From: Azolla caroliniana
Taxonomy: Eukaryota > Plantae > Polypodiophyta
Assembly (NCBI GenBank): GCA_043228905.1
Contig: JBHGNT010000006.1
Span: forward strand, 14,570,001 to 14,634,000
DNA: 64,000 nt
Direction of reading: 5' to 3'
The notes beneath the pieces are model-generated. The model was not told where the DNA came from. It did no database searches and worked only from the letters and a program-made list of their open reading frames with translations. Position numbers and translations under genes: made by a program. Position 1 is the first letter of the stretch, and each line of letters starts with the position of its first letter. This document shows positions 13,370 to 25,484 of this stretch, piece after piece.

Positions 13370-16300
13370 ATGTCCAGCCAAATGGAAGGGGAAGAAGGGT
13401 GTTTAGAATTACCCCTCAATGATCATAAGGATAGGGATGATGCTATCAGGACACAACAAGCCATACAAAACTATTGGGCAGAAAAAAAAAGGAAACATCG
13501 TCAATTGTTGAAGGATACGAAAGCCACACTCAATAAAGGTAAGGATAGTTTAGCTGAGAATGTAAGTAATGCGACTACCATCATAGAGAGAAAGGTTGTA
13601 GACTATTTCAATGTTCAAACCAAGCACATCAGCAATGAAGAAAAGAAGGTAGTACTTTATGGAATATGTAATGATCCATCGATAAAGGACTTAGTTGATT
13701 GTGATGGTCTTAATGCAAAATATCATCTATTTTAGTAAATAATCTTCGTAATAGTTTCGTATCCATGAGCAGGTCAGAAGATGATCTTGTCTTAAAAAGG
13801 TCCAGTCTAATGATGTTACTTAATAGTGATGTTGGCGATATAAACATCAGTGAGCTATCTAAGGTAATTGGTGTTAGTAGAAAAACAGTGTACAATACAA
13901 TGAACCGTATAATTTCCTCGGGTGAAGGATCTAGTCTACTAAAGCTAACTACAAGATGTAAGCCAATGACACCCATAACATTTGAAATCAAGGATGTAAT
14001 CACAATGTTTTGGACTAATGAGAGTAGGGTTTCACCCAATAAAAAGGATTTATGCAGGAAACGTGTTGGAAGAAATCAATACGAGGAGCATCCCATTCAT
14101 CTTCTTGATGTACCTCAAGTATTTACATTTATCTCAACATTTGTTTTGACTCTACACGGAAAGTTAATTAGCTCAGTTAGCAGAAAAGCTAATTAGCTTA
14201 TCAGTTACATTTACCTCAGTTAGCTACTAGGATAGCTACTACATAGGTAACTGGCTACTCTCAATAGCTATTACCATGATAGCTAATGAGCTATTCTCAA
14301 TAGCTAATTTAGGTACTACCAGATAATTAGCTGTACTAGTAGCTAGTTAGTTATCATGGTAGCTAGTTAGCTATTTCGTTATTACCAGCTAATTAGCTAC
14401 TAGGAAAGCTAATTAGCTACCATGATAGCTAATTAGCTTACTAGGACAGCTAATTAGCCACCGTGATAGCTAATTAGCTACTAGACCAGCTAATTAGCTA
14501 CCATGATAGCTAATTAGTTACTAGGAAAGCTAATTAGCCACCACGATAGCTAATTAGCTACTAGACCAGCTAATTAGCTACCATGATAGCTAATTAGCTA
14601 CTAGGAAAGCTAATTAGCCACCATGGTAGCTAATTAGCTACTATAGCTACTAGACCAGCTAATTAGCTACCATGATAGCTAATTAGCTACTAGGAAAGCT
14701 AATTAGCCACCATGATAGCTAATTAGCTACTAGGACAGCTAATTAGCTACCATGATAGCTAATTAGCTACTAGAATAGCTAATAAGCTACTAGAATAGCT
14801 AATAAGCTAGGATAGTTAGCTAGTTACGAGAATAACTAATTCCCCTTTATTACGCAGGTCGATTTATTTATTAGGTTCAAACGAATGCATCCAACTATCA
14901 AAGTTCAACTATGAACATTCGAGTCTCTTAAGCCACACTTTGTGAGACGCTTAAAGGATCGATACACATGTTGTTGCATTTACCATGTACGGATGGGTTT
15001 TCTGAAGGACTCTGTTAATCTACTACGTCACCATAACGCATCCCTAACTAATACAGTTTGCACATGTGGTGCCCAATCTGTCGATCAAGCCCGCAAGTGG
15101 AGTGTAAATCATCTGAGCACGTTATCTCTTCCATGAGTTATTTATTAGATTCAATATTGTGTCCGAGAGAAACTTACGCTTTCTTCCATATTCATAAATG
15201 TGTCATGGGTTTATGTCAAGATTGTGGCCCTACTAGATTTAGGTGGTGTCCAAATGAATTGAGTAGTGAAATATTGATCTCTGTGAAGTTCTTTGAGTTA
15301 GTGAACACCAATTTCGAAGGAAAGGTGTGTAAAAGAAAGGATCTAGTTCGGAAGATGCTTAAACCAAGGGATTTGGTGTCTCTGTTTGTAGTATCTCTAG
15401 GAAAGTTCATTAAACACAACTTCATTTTTTGATGGCAGGCCCATCAGTTTAAGACTTCCATATCTGATTTCCCAAATGATGTAGTAGTCTCAGTAGTAGA
15501 TTTTGCAGAGAATTATACTTTCAAGCAGCAGAATGAAATTCAATATATGCATTGGTGTTCAGTTCAGGTAACCATTTTTGTGCACATAACATATTTTCGA
15601 GTTTCAGGTGATGTTAAAAAAGTAATTCATTTCTTTATTTCCGATGATAAGTTACATTGGCAGTGGTTATTAGCTCAACGTTTGGAGCTTACTCAACATT
15701 GGGTCTGGTCTGACGGAGTTGTGTCACAATTCAAGGCTCGACGTCCATTTTATTTTGTGGGGAGGTATCCTGCTATAACAGGTTTGGAGATGAGATGGAA
15801 TTTTTTTGGGTCTGGCCATGGTAAAGGTGAACATGATGGTGCAGGGGCTGTTATAAAGCGGGCACTTACCCATGAACAACTAAAGACAGATGGTGTGCAC
15901 ATGAATTGTGCATCACATGTAGTTGAATTTTTAAGAACAAATATGTCAACGAGTGCAACAGGTGTTTATTCCTCGCAAGTCCGAGATATCAAACGTGAAT
16001 TTTGGGAAGTGAAGATAGATGAAGTAAATAGGGAGAAGACCTGGGAGTGCCAAGGAATTCCCGAATTGCGATCTTTGCATGCTGTTCGCGGTTATTCCAG
16101 GTTGGATGGTCATTGTATTGCGGTTAGAAAATTGACTTGTTTTTGCTTCCATTGTGTGCAGGGAAATTGGAGATATTTTCTAAACAAAGCATACATTCAG
16201 AATTGGGAGTATCACACTCTGAATGATAAGGAAGCAGTTGATGGAGAAACAAGGTAGAATGCTGACTTCACATATGAGGGACTTGGAGATACTTTGAGTG

Positions 16301-16662
16301 ATGTCCTGAACGTTGGGGATAACTTCGCTGTAAATGATGAAGAAGGCAATTCAGAGGGTGCTGATTTCTATATATTAAAGTGCACGGTTAGTAAACAGTG
16401 TGCAAGGCAGAATATTGTAGATGCATGGGGAAATTTTGTATCTGCCGGGACATTCTACATCGAAGGCATTTTTTATGCAAAACTAGATGACTATGAATAT
16501 GTGTATAGGCTGTTAGAAGACAAACCAGCGGCGTACATGTACTCTCATTTCGTCAGGTGCATCAACGTCCCAATGTCAGAATACAATAGCTACTCAGGTT
16601 TATACACTGTTGGTGCTAATGTGTATGAATGTATTTACAATAGTATGCCATGGAATTTGTAG
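13370..16662 (+). pseudogene. Sola2-type DDE transposase, 2 exons (13370-14118, 14858-16662), with stops and frameshifts
   Basis: F.SLKP.FV...RYTCCCIYH; VDFAENY; FFISDD; WSDG..SQFK; FFGSGHGKGEHDGAGAVIKR; C-terminal CFCFHC; phase-0 GT..AG intron 14119-14857 joins DVPQ|VDLF. Confidence 0.85.
14165..14840. repeat. Array of the palindrome (T)AGCTAATTAGCT(A), ~20-bp period, filling the transposase intron
   Basis: About 20 copies between 14385 and 14810 with short recurring spacers. Confidence 0.95.
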
Positions 16663-17011
16663 CTACAAGTAGCACTTACCATGTTCTCTTGTAAAACAAA
16701 CATGTATTTCGCGAAAACAGTTAAATAAATTCGTTTGAGAATCAATTTCTTGTATACAATCTGCTTTCTGTGCTTCTTTCTCAATAAAATCATGTTTTTT
16801 TTTGTTAAGTTTTAAGTTATAAGTTATAGCGAAATAGTCATCAATAGCTAATTAGCTGTACAAATGCAGCTAATTAGCTGTCAATAGCTAATTAGTCATC
16901 AATAGCATGAAATCAACAATCTGCAACATATTCCTCAAATTACACAATAGATAAGTACAGTGGGAACAAGTAATTAAATTCTTCATTGAATAATGTCATC
17001 TCTTTACATAT

Positions 17012-18305
17012 TTATAAATTACCATTGGAAATATCTACAAATCTCCTATAAACAGCTAAGCTCTTGCTAGTCAGTGGAATGAGTCTACATATATTATCCG
17101 CATATCGAGCTCGGTATGGAGTCCACAACCATGCACCTAGTTGGCAGCTCACTGTTTGCACCAGGTACTGTTCAGGCATTTCCTCGGGTAGAATGAGACA
17201 GCATCTCCGAATATTGAAGTAGTGCCGGAAATGTTCTGTATCCAAAATCAATGTATTGTCGGCATTATATTCAGGCCAAGTAGCCCAAAAATCAGAAAGT
17301 CTCTTGAATCTTGCAGCTTCCATTTGCTCACAATTTTCTCGTGCCCATTGACCTTTAAAACGACTTTGCCATTTTGGGAAGAATCTTGCCAAACACTTCC
17401 ACACATCTGATTTTGGTTTTTCACTCCAAATAAACAAATCAAAGTATTGCACAGCCCACTCTAGAAACTGATTCGCGTCCCTCCTTGGTTGCATATATCT
17501 CACACTCATCAAGACTTTATCAAGCTCCAAGATCAAGGCTCTTCTTTCGACTTCTAGTGGTTTAGGTTTCCATTCCTGAAACTGAGCTGTTGTTACACCA
17601 TTTTCTGGTAAGATACAATCAATCTCAATCAGCTCAGGTTCGGCCGACACAACTGGCATCCTTTTTCTCTTCAAACCCCTAGTCGACTGTGTTGGGCCTG
17701 GCTTCACATTCTGGTGCTCTTGTTTTGTCGACTTAGTTATCAATCCTTGGATTACCTCGGTGCATGTAGCTACTGATCTGCTCGATATCAGTCCACTGGT
17801 ATCACATGTTGCATCTACCTGCAACACCAAGTCATCCGTGCTACATGCTGCATCTACCTGCAACAAACACCAAGTCATCCGTGCTACATGCTGCATCTAC
17901 CTGCAACACCAAGTCATCCGTGCTACATGCTGCATCTACCTGCAACACCAAGTCATCCGTGCTACATGTTACATCTACCTGCAACACCAAGTCATCCGTG
18001 CTACATGTTGCATCTACCTGCAACACCAAGTCATCCGTGCTACATGCTGCATCTACCTGCAACACCAAGTCATCCGTGCAACATGCTTGATCAACTTGTG
18101 TGACCAGATCACTTGTGTCAGTTGCTACATCTACTTTCAAGATGGGGCCCTTTAAACATGCCGCAATATCAACAGTATTCACACTGCCATTGGCCTTACG
18201 AGCAATAGAATCAAACCCTTTAGACTCTGCAACATCAGAAAACATCAACATATTCCCACTCACAAAGTAACTAACAGTCTCACAAAACAACATCTTGAAC
18301 ATCAA
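17012..18305 (-). pseudogene. Accessory gene: 13-aa repeats, basic NLS-like patch, FCP1/NIF (CTD-phosphatase-like HAD) domain with degenerate catalytic motif
   Basis: RRALILELDKVL..R..ANQFLEW...FDLFIWS...FKRLSDFW...YNADNTLILD matches the NIF pattern; a 4-bp insertion in one repeat unit (~17865) shifts the frame between ORFs 17841..18305 and 17012..17896. Confidence 0.7.
17805..18087. repeat. Coding minisatellite, 39-bp unit (LQVDAACSTDDLV), ~7 copies
   Basis: CATCTACCTGCAACACCAAGTCATCCGTGCTACATGCTG repeated in tandem. Confidence 0.95.
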
Positions 18306-19019
18306 AGAGTTTCAGTCATAGAACAACACTCTTCAAATTATCTTGGAAAAACATCATAGAGTTCCATTACATAATGTGGATCAAGCAACAACCAATCTGA
18401 GGTTTTACTTGTCCAACAGGATAGTAAAACTTCATAAAACCCTAGCAAAATCCCTAAGCTAACAATCATATCCAACTAAACAGTATTTCGCTCCACTACG
18501 TCTGGGCCCCTTGACCGAGTAACTGGTCTTGTTCTTGATCGTGGCCCCTTCTTCAGCCTTTTTCTGGTCGGTTCCCCATTTAGCCTTGCTTCTTTCACCC
18601 AATGCGCAAGTGTGTCCTCCGACAACCTTCCCATCGCCTCAGCAGCTAATTGCACATCAGCCGTTTCTTAAACTAGCTTTTCAAGCACAGAGGGATCTGT
18701 TTGGACATTTTCAGTAGTTGGGCTCGGTGGGGTGGAATCAAGGTCTTGAGATTCGAAGAAATGTTGCATCAAGTGTTCATAAACACTGTTGTTGTGAACC
18801 TCAGTTTTACATGTTGTTTCCACTATTTCATGGCATTTCACATCGTTGCCTAATTCAGTACACTGTTCCAAAAGAATAGGGTGGAGCTGATCTTAAGGAG
18901 ATGTGATAGCAGGGCTCTTACTTTCAGCCACGTTGGCAGCAGTATCCTCATCTGTTGCAGCGTCATCAACACCAAACACATCATGTGCCGTCCTTAGTCC
19001 ACAAGATTCTACAATAACA

Positions 19020-20110
19020 TGGCAGCTATTTAGGATAGCTAATTAGCTACTTTACTAAACTATGGTAGAAGCTAGGATAGCTAATTAGCTAGTACGATAG
19101 CTAATTAGCTACTTTACTCAACTATGGTAGTAGTTAGGATAGCTAATTAGCTACTATGGTAGCTAATTAGCTACTTTACTTAACTATGATAGTAGCTAGG
19201 ATAGCTAATTAATTAGCTACTTTACTCAACTATGGTAGTAGCTAGGATAGCTAATTAGCTACTTTACTCAACTATGGTAGTAGCTAGGATAGCTAATTAG
19301 CCACTTTACTCACTATGGTAGTAGCTAGGATAGCTAATTAGCTACTTTACTCAACTATGGTAGTAGCTGGGATAGCTAATTAGCTAGTAGGATAGCTAAT
19401 TAGCTACAATGATAGCTAATTAGCTACTTTCTCAACTATGTAGTAGCTAGGATAGCTTATTAGCTACTAGGATAGCTAATTAGCTGCCAGTAGCTAATTA
19501 GCTACTAGGATAGCTAATAAGCTACTTTACACAACTATGGCAGTAGCTAATTAGCTACTATGATAGCTAATTAGCTAATAGGATAGCTAATTAGTTGCCA
19601 GTAGCTAGGATAACTAATTAGTTGCCAGTAGGATAGCTAATTAGTTTTTTTACACAACTATGGTACTAGCTAATTAGCTAGTACCATAGTCAATTAGCTA
19701 CTAGGATAGCTTATTAGCTACTTTATACAACTATGGCAGTAGCTAATTAGCTAGTAGGATAGCTAATTAGTTGCCAGTAGCTAATTAGCTAGTAGGATAG
19801 CTAATTAGCTACTTTACACAACTATAGTGCTAGCTAATTAGCTATGAGTAGCTAATTAGCTAGTAGCTAACTAGCTGGCATTAGCTAATTAGCTGCTAGT
19901 AGGATAGCTAATTAGCTAGTAGCTAACTAGCTGCCACTTAGCTAATTAACTACTGTAGTAAACTATGACAGTAGCTAATTAACTAATATGATAGCTATTA
20001 GTTGCTTTAATAAACTATGGTAGTAGCTAATTAGCTACAACGATAGCAGCAAAATAGTTTCCATACTTTTTACAGCTTAGCTAATTAGAAAAGACTAAGC
20101 TTATTAGCTA
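19020..20110. repeat. Second, larger TAGCTAATTAGCTA palindrome array (probable intron of the accessory gene)
   Basis: Roughly 30 or more copies interspersed with TTTACTCAACTATGGTAG-type spacers. Confidence 0.93.
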
Positions 20111-21499
20111 CAGTATGGTATACATGTTAGTTTTCTCCACTCATTTGGTAGAGCTGTACTGCAATCTCCCAAACAAAATGCAGCAATTCGACAGGCATGT
20201 TGAAAACAAAGCAAATGGTATGTGTGTTTGCATGGTTGTAGGTGAACCAACAAAGACGTAGTTTTGTCCTCCACACCTAACCTGCAAGCGATGCAACGTG
20301 CTTGAACTATCAATAAATCATTTTCTGGTTTTGCTTCATTTGGTAAGGGAGCAAGAATGTTCAGGTCCAAATCTTGTCTGGTCCTTACCATTCCCTCCAC
20401 AAAATGTAGCTGCTTCTTAAGGCAGCTAACTACCTGTTCTTGATGAATGTATTGTTCCTTCAACGCAACAGAGAAATTTACCAATTAATTATTCCTGTTG
20501 TTGAAAGATACACCAACTTTGCTCAGGAATCGTTAACTTACTTGAAGCTTATCCAAATTGTAATCTGCAATAGTATTTACACCTAGAAGGTCCAGGTTCA
20601 TTGAAAGAACCTGGATCTCTATTTGCAGTTGTATTTTACATTGGGGATCTAGTGGCCCCTCTAATTCAAGCTCCTGTTGCGCAACCTATTCCAGATAATG
20701 CTTGATTAGCACATTTTACCCTTAAAGTTATTTATAACACAATCACATACCAGCAAAACAATAGTTACCTGAATCTTATTTCTAATCGTTGTAACAGCGG
20801 AAGTAACTTTGCTCTCCATTGCAGAAGCCATTGTGGCTTTCTCTAAATCAGTCTTAAAACATGTCAATGTCTCACAGGCTTCATGGACATTTTTTAGCAT
20901 ATAGCTAACCAATGTCTCACCTATATCATCGACATTGGCTTTCCTTGGGTGTCGGTGTGGTGTATGCCCCCAGTCTTGCTGGGAGTCGGTAGTTGCATCA
21001 ACAACTGCCATGCTCCAAAATCTGTCTATTTTTTGTGCCAAGGTCCCCATCTTTCGGCATCTTTTTACCGATGCCTCACCATAGACTGCCCAAGCTACCC
21101 TATACATTTGAGGGTCTCTGGATTCCTCCGCTGTTTTGTAGTACTCATATGCAAATGCTCTAGCAAATGAAACTGACAACTCATTGTTGACTGGGATCTC
21201 CTGATGAACTTTCTGGTGCAGTCTCATGCAGTCATCGTACAAGTCGGCTCGTACATGCTTCAGCTTGACCTTGCCTTTGACTCTAAGCACTGTATATACT
21301 GTCATCCAGTCTACATCACTGATCAATTTATCACTTAGGACAGTAGGGTCAACACCCTCGAGTGACAGACCATAGGTGTTGTGGAAGTCCTCCTTTGTCT
21401 TGCAAAATTTTGCGAAGTTTAGCACTCTCGTATACGGAGGAACAAGCCATCTGAAATATCATTTCAGAAATCATAAAATAGTGCAAAATCAGAATATGT

Positions 21500-22015
21500 G
21501 AGAATCAGAAACCCCAATCAACAACAACAAAAATGGTGCAAAATCTTTAACTTAGCAAATCAGAAACCCTAATCATAATTTGTATTCAGAAATTTGAAAT
21601 CAGAAACCCTAATCAAAATCTGTAATCAGAAGTTTGAAATCAGAAACGCTAATCAAAATCTGTAACCAGAAACCCTATTCAGAAATTCTAATCAGAAATT
21701 TATAATCAAAACCCTAATCAGAAATTTCAATTAGAAACCCTAATCAGAAATTTCAATCACAAACCCTAATAAGAAATCCTAAACAGAAATTTATAAACAA
21801 AAACCCTATTCAGAAATTCTAATTAGAAATTCTAATCTATAATCAAAATTTGTAACCAGAAACCCTATTCAGAAATTCTAATCAAAAATTTATAATCAAA
21901 AACCCTAATCAGAAATTTCAATCAGAAACCCTAATCAGAAATTTCAATCACAAACCCTAATCAGAAATTTATAAACAAAAACCCTAATCAGAAATTTCAA
22001 TTAGAAACCCCAATC
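21500..22015. repeat. AT-rich array built on AGAAACCCTAATC (telo-box-like), in intron 1 of the accessory gene
   Basis: More than 10 AAACCCTA(A) motifs alternating with CAGAAATTT. Confidence 0.9.
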
Positions 22016-22257
22016 ATCACTAAAGACAGGATTAAACACAAAAAAAGCAATATAAACACACCTGTTGCTACTCCCCGATTTGCGAGACATCCTTACATGG
22101 GACTCCAAGGACTTCGCCCTATTCGATTTTGGGGAAATATGAATCGGCACCAAAGTTCAGACAGTAGTCAAAAAGAAAAAACAAATGTTTGGGGTTTCTA
22201 TAACTGAAACATACCTGGACGATGATCGAGCGGGTTCTGTGTTGTAGCTCTCAATCT

Positions 22258-22423
22258 GCAATGTCGATTTTCTGTTGTTGCGGGAGCTACGTTTGCGTTC
22301 GTGCTCTGAGTACTCCATCTGCGTTCAAAATCAGACTTAGGCAATGTCGATTTTCTGCTGTTGCGGGAGCTACGTTTACGTTCGTGCTCTGAGTACTCCA
22401 TCTGCGTTCAAAATCAAACTTAG
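22258..22423. repeat. Two-copy 83-bp direct repeat near the right end of the Sola2-like element
   Basis: GCAATGTCGATTTTCTG... starts at 22258 and 22341. Confidence 0.85.
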
Positions 22424-25400
22424 GCTAAACAGGAAATTGATGACATTGAAGTCGACCTTAGATGATGGTGCTATTCCCCAAGTTCCACTACGTCTGAAAC
22501 AGAAGTTCAAATATTTGAGTTTTTTCATAGATTAGTTTTTCAAATATTTGATTTTCCCACAAAAAAGACTAGCTAAACAAATAGCTAATTAGCTATGGCC
22601 ATTTTAGTAGCTAATTAGCTATAATAGTGTTTCCACTCGCATGCTTTTACCCCTCATCGTAGTCAATTTCGTGGGTCTGCACATATCCCTTCGCCACTAA
22701 CCGGGCCTTGTACCGGTTAACTGTACCGTCGGCATTGTACTTTACCTTGTACACCCACTTGCATCCGATCGGTTTACAGTGACGGGGAGGGTCAACCAGG
22801 TCCCAAGTTCCGTTGGTATCCAGTGCCTGCATTTCACCCTTCATAGCGGCACGCTAATTTGCGTCCTTTGCGGCTTCTGCATAGCTCTCCGGTTCACGCA
22901 CTTCCGCGACCTTGGTCATGTATGCATAATGATGCGCCATGTACTCGTTATACCCGTACTGTTTAATGGGATCCTTCTAGCGGGTGGACCGGCGTAACTC
23001 ACCGTTCCCCGATATGAGACCCTTCTTGGCCTGTTCGGTCTTCGTTCCCGAAGATCTGCCTATGTCCTTGGCAAGGTCAGATACGCACCGATCCGACTCA
23101 TCATTGCCGGTCTCGAATTCCGGCATCTTCTGCTTCCCTTTCTCTTTGCGTGTGAATCGTCTCCTCGGTTCTTTGCACGGGGAGAGCACGATAGAGTCTC
23201 CACTACTCACCGTCTCATCATCCGAATGGTTGGACTAATCCAGTCTCTCATTCGGTCTGCTTAACCGGAACGATTCCGGACTCTCATCTTGAGTCCCGGC
23301 TTCATCTTTCTCTACCTGAGCCGGTTCGGGCTCACTAGCCCCATCCTCCGACATCGGGTCGGGATCGGAAGTCGGAGTCGGTAAGGAATACCACGATGCC
23401 GATTCATCAAACTCGACATCTCGGCTTACTCGGACCTGCTTCGTCCGAGGGTTATAACACTTATACCCCTTTTGCTCTTGAGCATAGCCGACTAGAATGC
23501 ATTTTTCCGATTTTGCATCCAACTTTCTCCGCTTCTCATCCGGCACATGTACATAGGCTATGCTGCCGAATATCCGGAGGTGTCTCAAATTCGGCTTGCA
23601 CCCGAAATACAGCTCATGAGCTGACACCTTGTCCCCGATCCGGTTCTGGATGTAAACGGCCGTTTGGACCGCCTCCGCCGAGTAGAACTTGGGCATGCTC
23701 TTTTCCTCCAGCATTGCCCTAGCCGCGTCAATCAGCGACCGATTCTTCCTTTCAGCCACACCATTCTGTTGTGGTGTGTATTTGCAGCTGAATTCTCGCC
23801 GAATTCCTTTTTGTTGCAGATAGTTGTTGAATTGGCCGGAAAAGTACTCTTTTCCGCCATCCGACCGTAGGCATTTGATCTTCCTCTCCGATTCCCGTTC
23901 CACCATCTTCTGGAGGCTCTGGAAACACTCAAAGACTTCGCTCTTCCGTTCAATGCGGTAGATCCACGTATGAAGGAGACGAAATATCAACTCCCGCCAA
24001 TGCTAACATTTTGTGCTGGTCCCCACACATCCGAATGGATAAGATCGAGCTTGTTACGGCTTCGATTTCTTTCGGTGGGGAATGGAAGCCAGTGTTGCTT
24101 CCCGAGTTGGCAAGCTTCACAAATTTGGGCTCTTCGGCCGCTAAACTTCGGCAAACCGAAAATGACTTGTTCCGTTTGCAGGGCTTGAAGCCTCCGGTAG
24201 TTGACGTGGCTGATCCGCTTGTGCCACAGGTCGATATCCGACTCGGCCTTCTGCCCTTTGGTGAATAGTGCGGTGCCGACGCCATTGGTGTTGAGGATAA
24301 ACATCCTCCCATCTCTACGCCCTTGCGCAATAACTTCGCCCTCATCCTCAATGAAGCACCCGAGGTGCGTAAACCGCACCTGCATCCCCTGGTCGACGAT
24401 TTGTCTGACCGACACCAGGTTCTTCGTGATCGTCGGAACATGTAATACATTCATCAGCTTCCCCCTATGTCCGACGTGGCTCAAAGGGACTTCTCTGACG
24501 TGCACGATCGGGTGGGGTGTGTCGTCTCCAGTTTCGACAACTCCCAGTTGATCCGGCTTCTCCAAAAAGGAGAACCACTCCCCGTGGCTCGCCATGTGGT
24601 TCGATGCACCGGAGTCAACGTACCACACTTCCTCCGATTTGGAAGTGGTCTTCTTCATTGAGTTTGCCTTGTGCTTCATCACCAAGGATAGCCCCTACCT
24701 ATTCTTGGATCCTCCCGATCCGTGTGCGTAGTGCGAGCTTCGCCGGCCTTCCTTACCGGTCTTGCCGGATCCGGATTTGTCTGAATCGGCACGCTTTCTC
24801 CAGCACTCGCTTTCCCTGTGGCCCTTTTTGCCATAATACCAACATTCCGTAGCGGGTTTGTCTTGCTGGCCTCCGGCACCACCTTGACTCCCCCTACTTG
24901 TGGAAGTCCCGGAACTGCTGTCGGCACACTCACTGTGCCTTCGTTCCTGCTCTTGCTGGCCGCCTCCATTGCGTGCCGACCTGCCTCATCCACCACGCCC
25001 GTGGGACCAATCCGCTCCTGTGTACAACATCCGGCTGTCTGGGTATTATAGATCTTGATACTAACGTAAGCTTAAGATAAGGATAATGAAAAGATAGATA
25101 GAAAGGAGAAAGAGAAAGAAGGGTGCCGATCCACCCGACCACCCCCGAGCGAAGGGATCGAGACGGACTCGAGCCTCGATCAGCGTCCCATACCACCGTC
25201 GTGGCGTCGAGTCGTACCTGGTGCTGGCGCGCTCGCTACAAGAGTTGACCCACCACACGAGCAGAGTCTCGATGTAGTCAAAAGATGATCAAATGAGGGT
25301 AGCTAGGCCTCTTATTTATAGCGATACCCAAGGCCCCCAGGCAAGTTCACACTTGACCTAATGGGTTGTCTCAATCCCGAGGATTAAAAGTAATCCTCCC

Positions 25401-25484
25401 CTTCTTTACACTCTCATTTAACCCTCACACTTATCCACGTGTATAGAATACTACGGTAAATTCTTACCACGGGATATTATATGG

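Larger units (their letters stand above)
18478..22090 (-). pseudogene. Accessory multi-exon gene: unknown N-terminal domain, helical region, RING-H2-like finger, acidic/basic tail
   Basis: Predicted exons 22090-22062, 21450-20769 and 20685-20542 splice in frame at GT..AG; CIAC..PCKHTYHLLC..CLGDC in 20104..20484; a further exon at ~19008-18478 has two in-frame TAA. Confidence 0.6.
12030..22652 (+). mobile_element. Sola2-like DNA transposon, 10,623 bp, with accessory genes
   Basis: 25-bp TIRs GGGTGAAAGCATGCAAGTGGAAACA (12030-12054) and 22628-22652, 2 mismatches; 4-bp TSD CTCA (12026-12029, 22653-22656); removing it restores the RT codons DYDETF; GRG termini, a 4-bp TSD and the transposase motifs fit Sola2. 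Confidence 0.88.

Noticed and set aside
14165-20110. Palindromic repeats with spacers as a CRISPR array
   Set aside because: Repeats are ~14 bp, spacers are short and recurrent, the arrays lie in apparent introns, and there are no cas genes
21500-22015. Telomere or interstitial telomeric tract
   Set aside because: Motifs are isolated AAACCCTAA units, not contiguous (CCCTAAA)n
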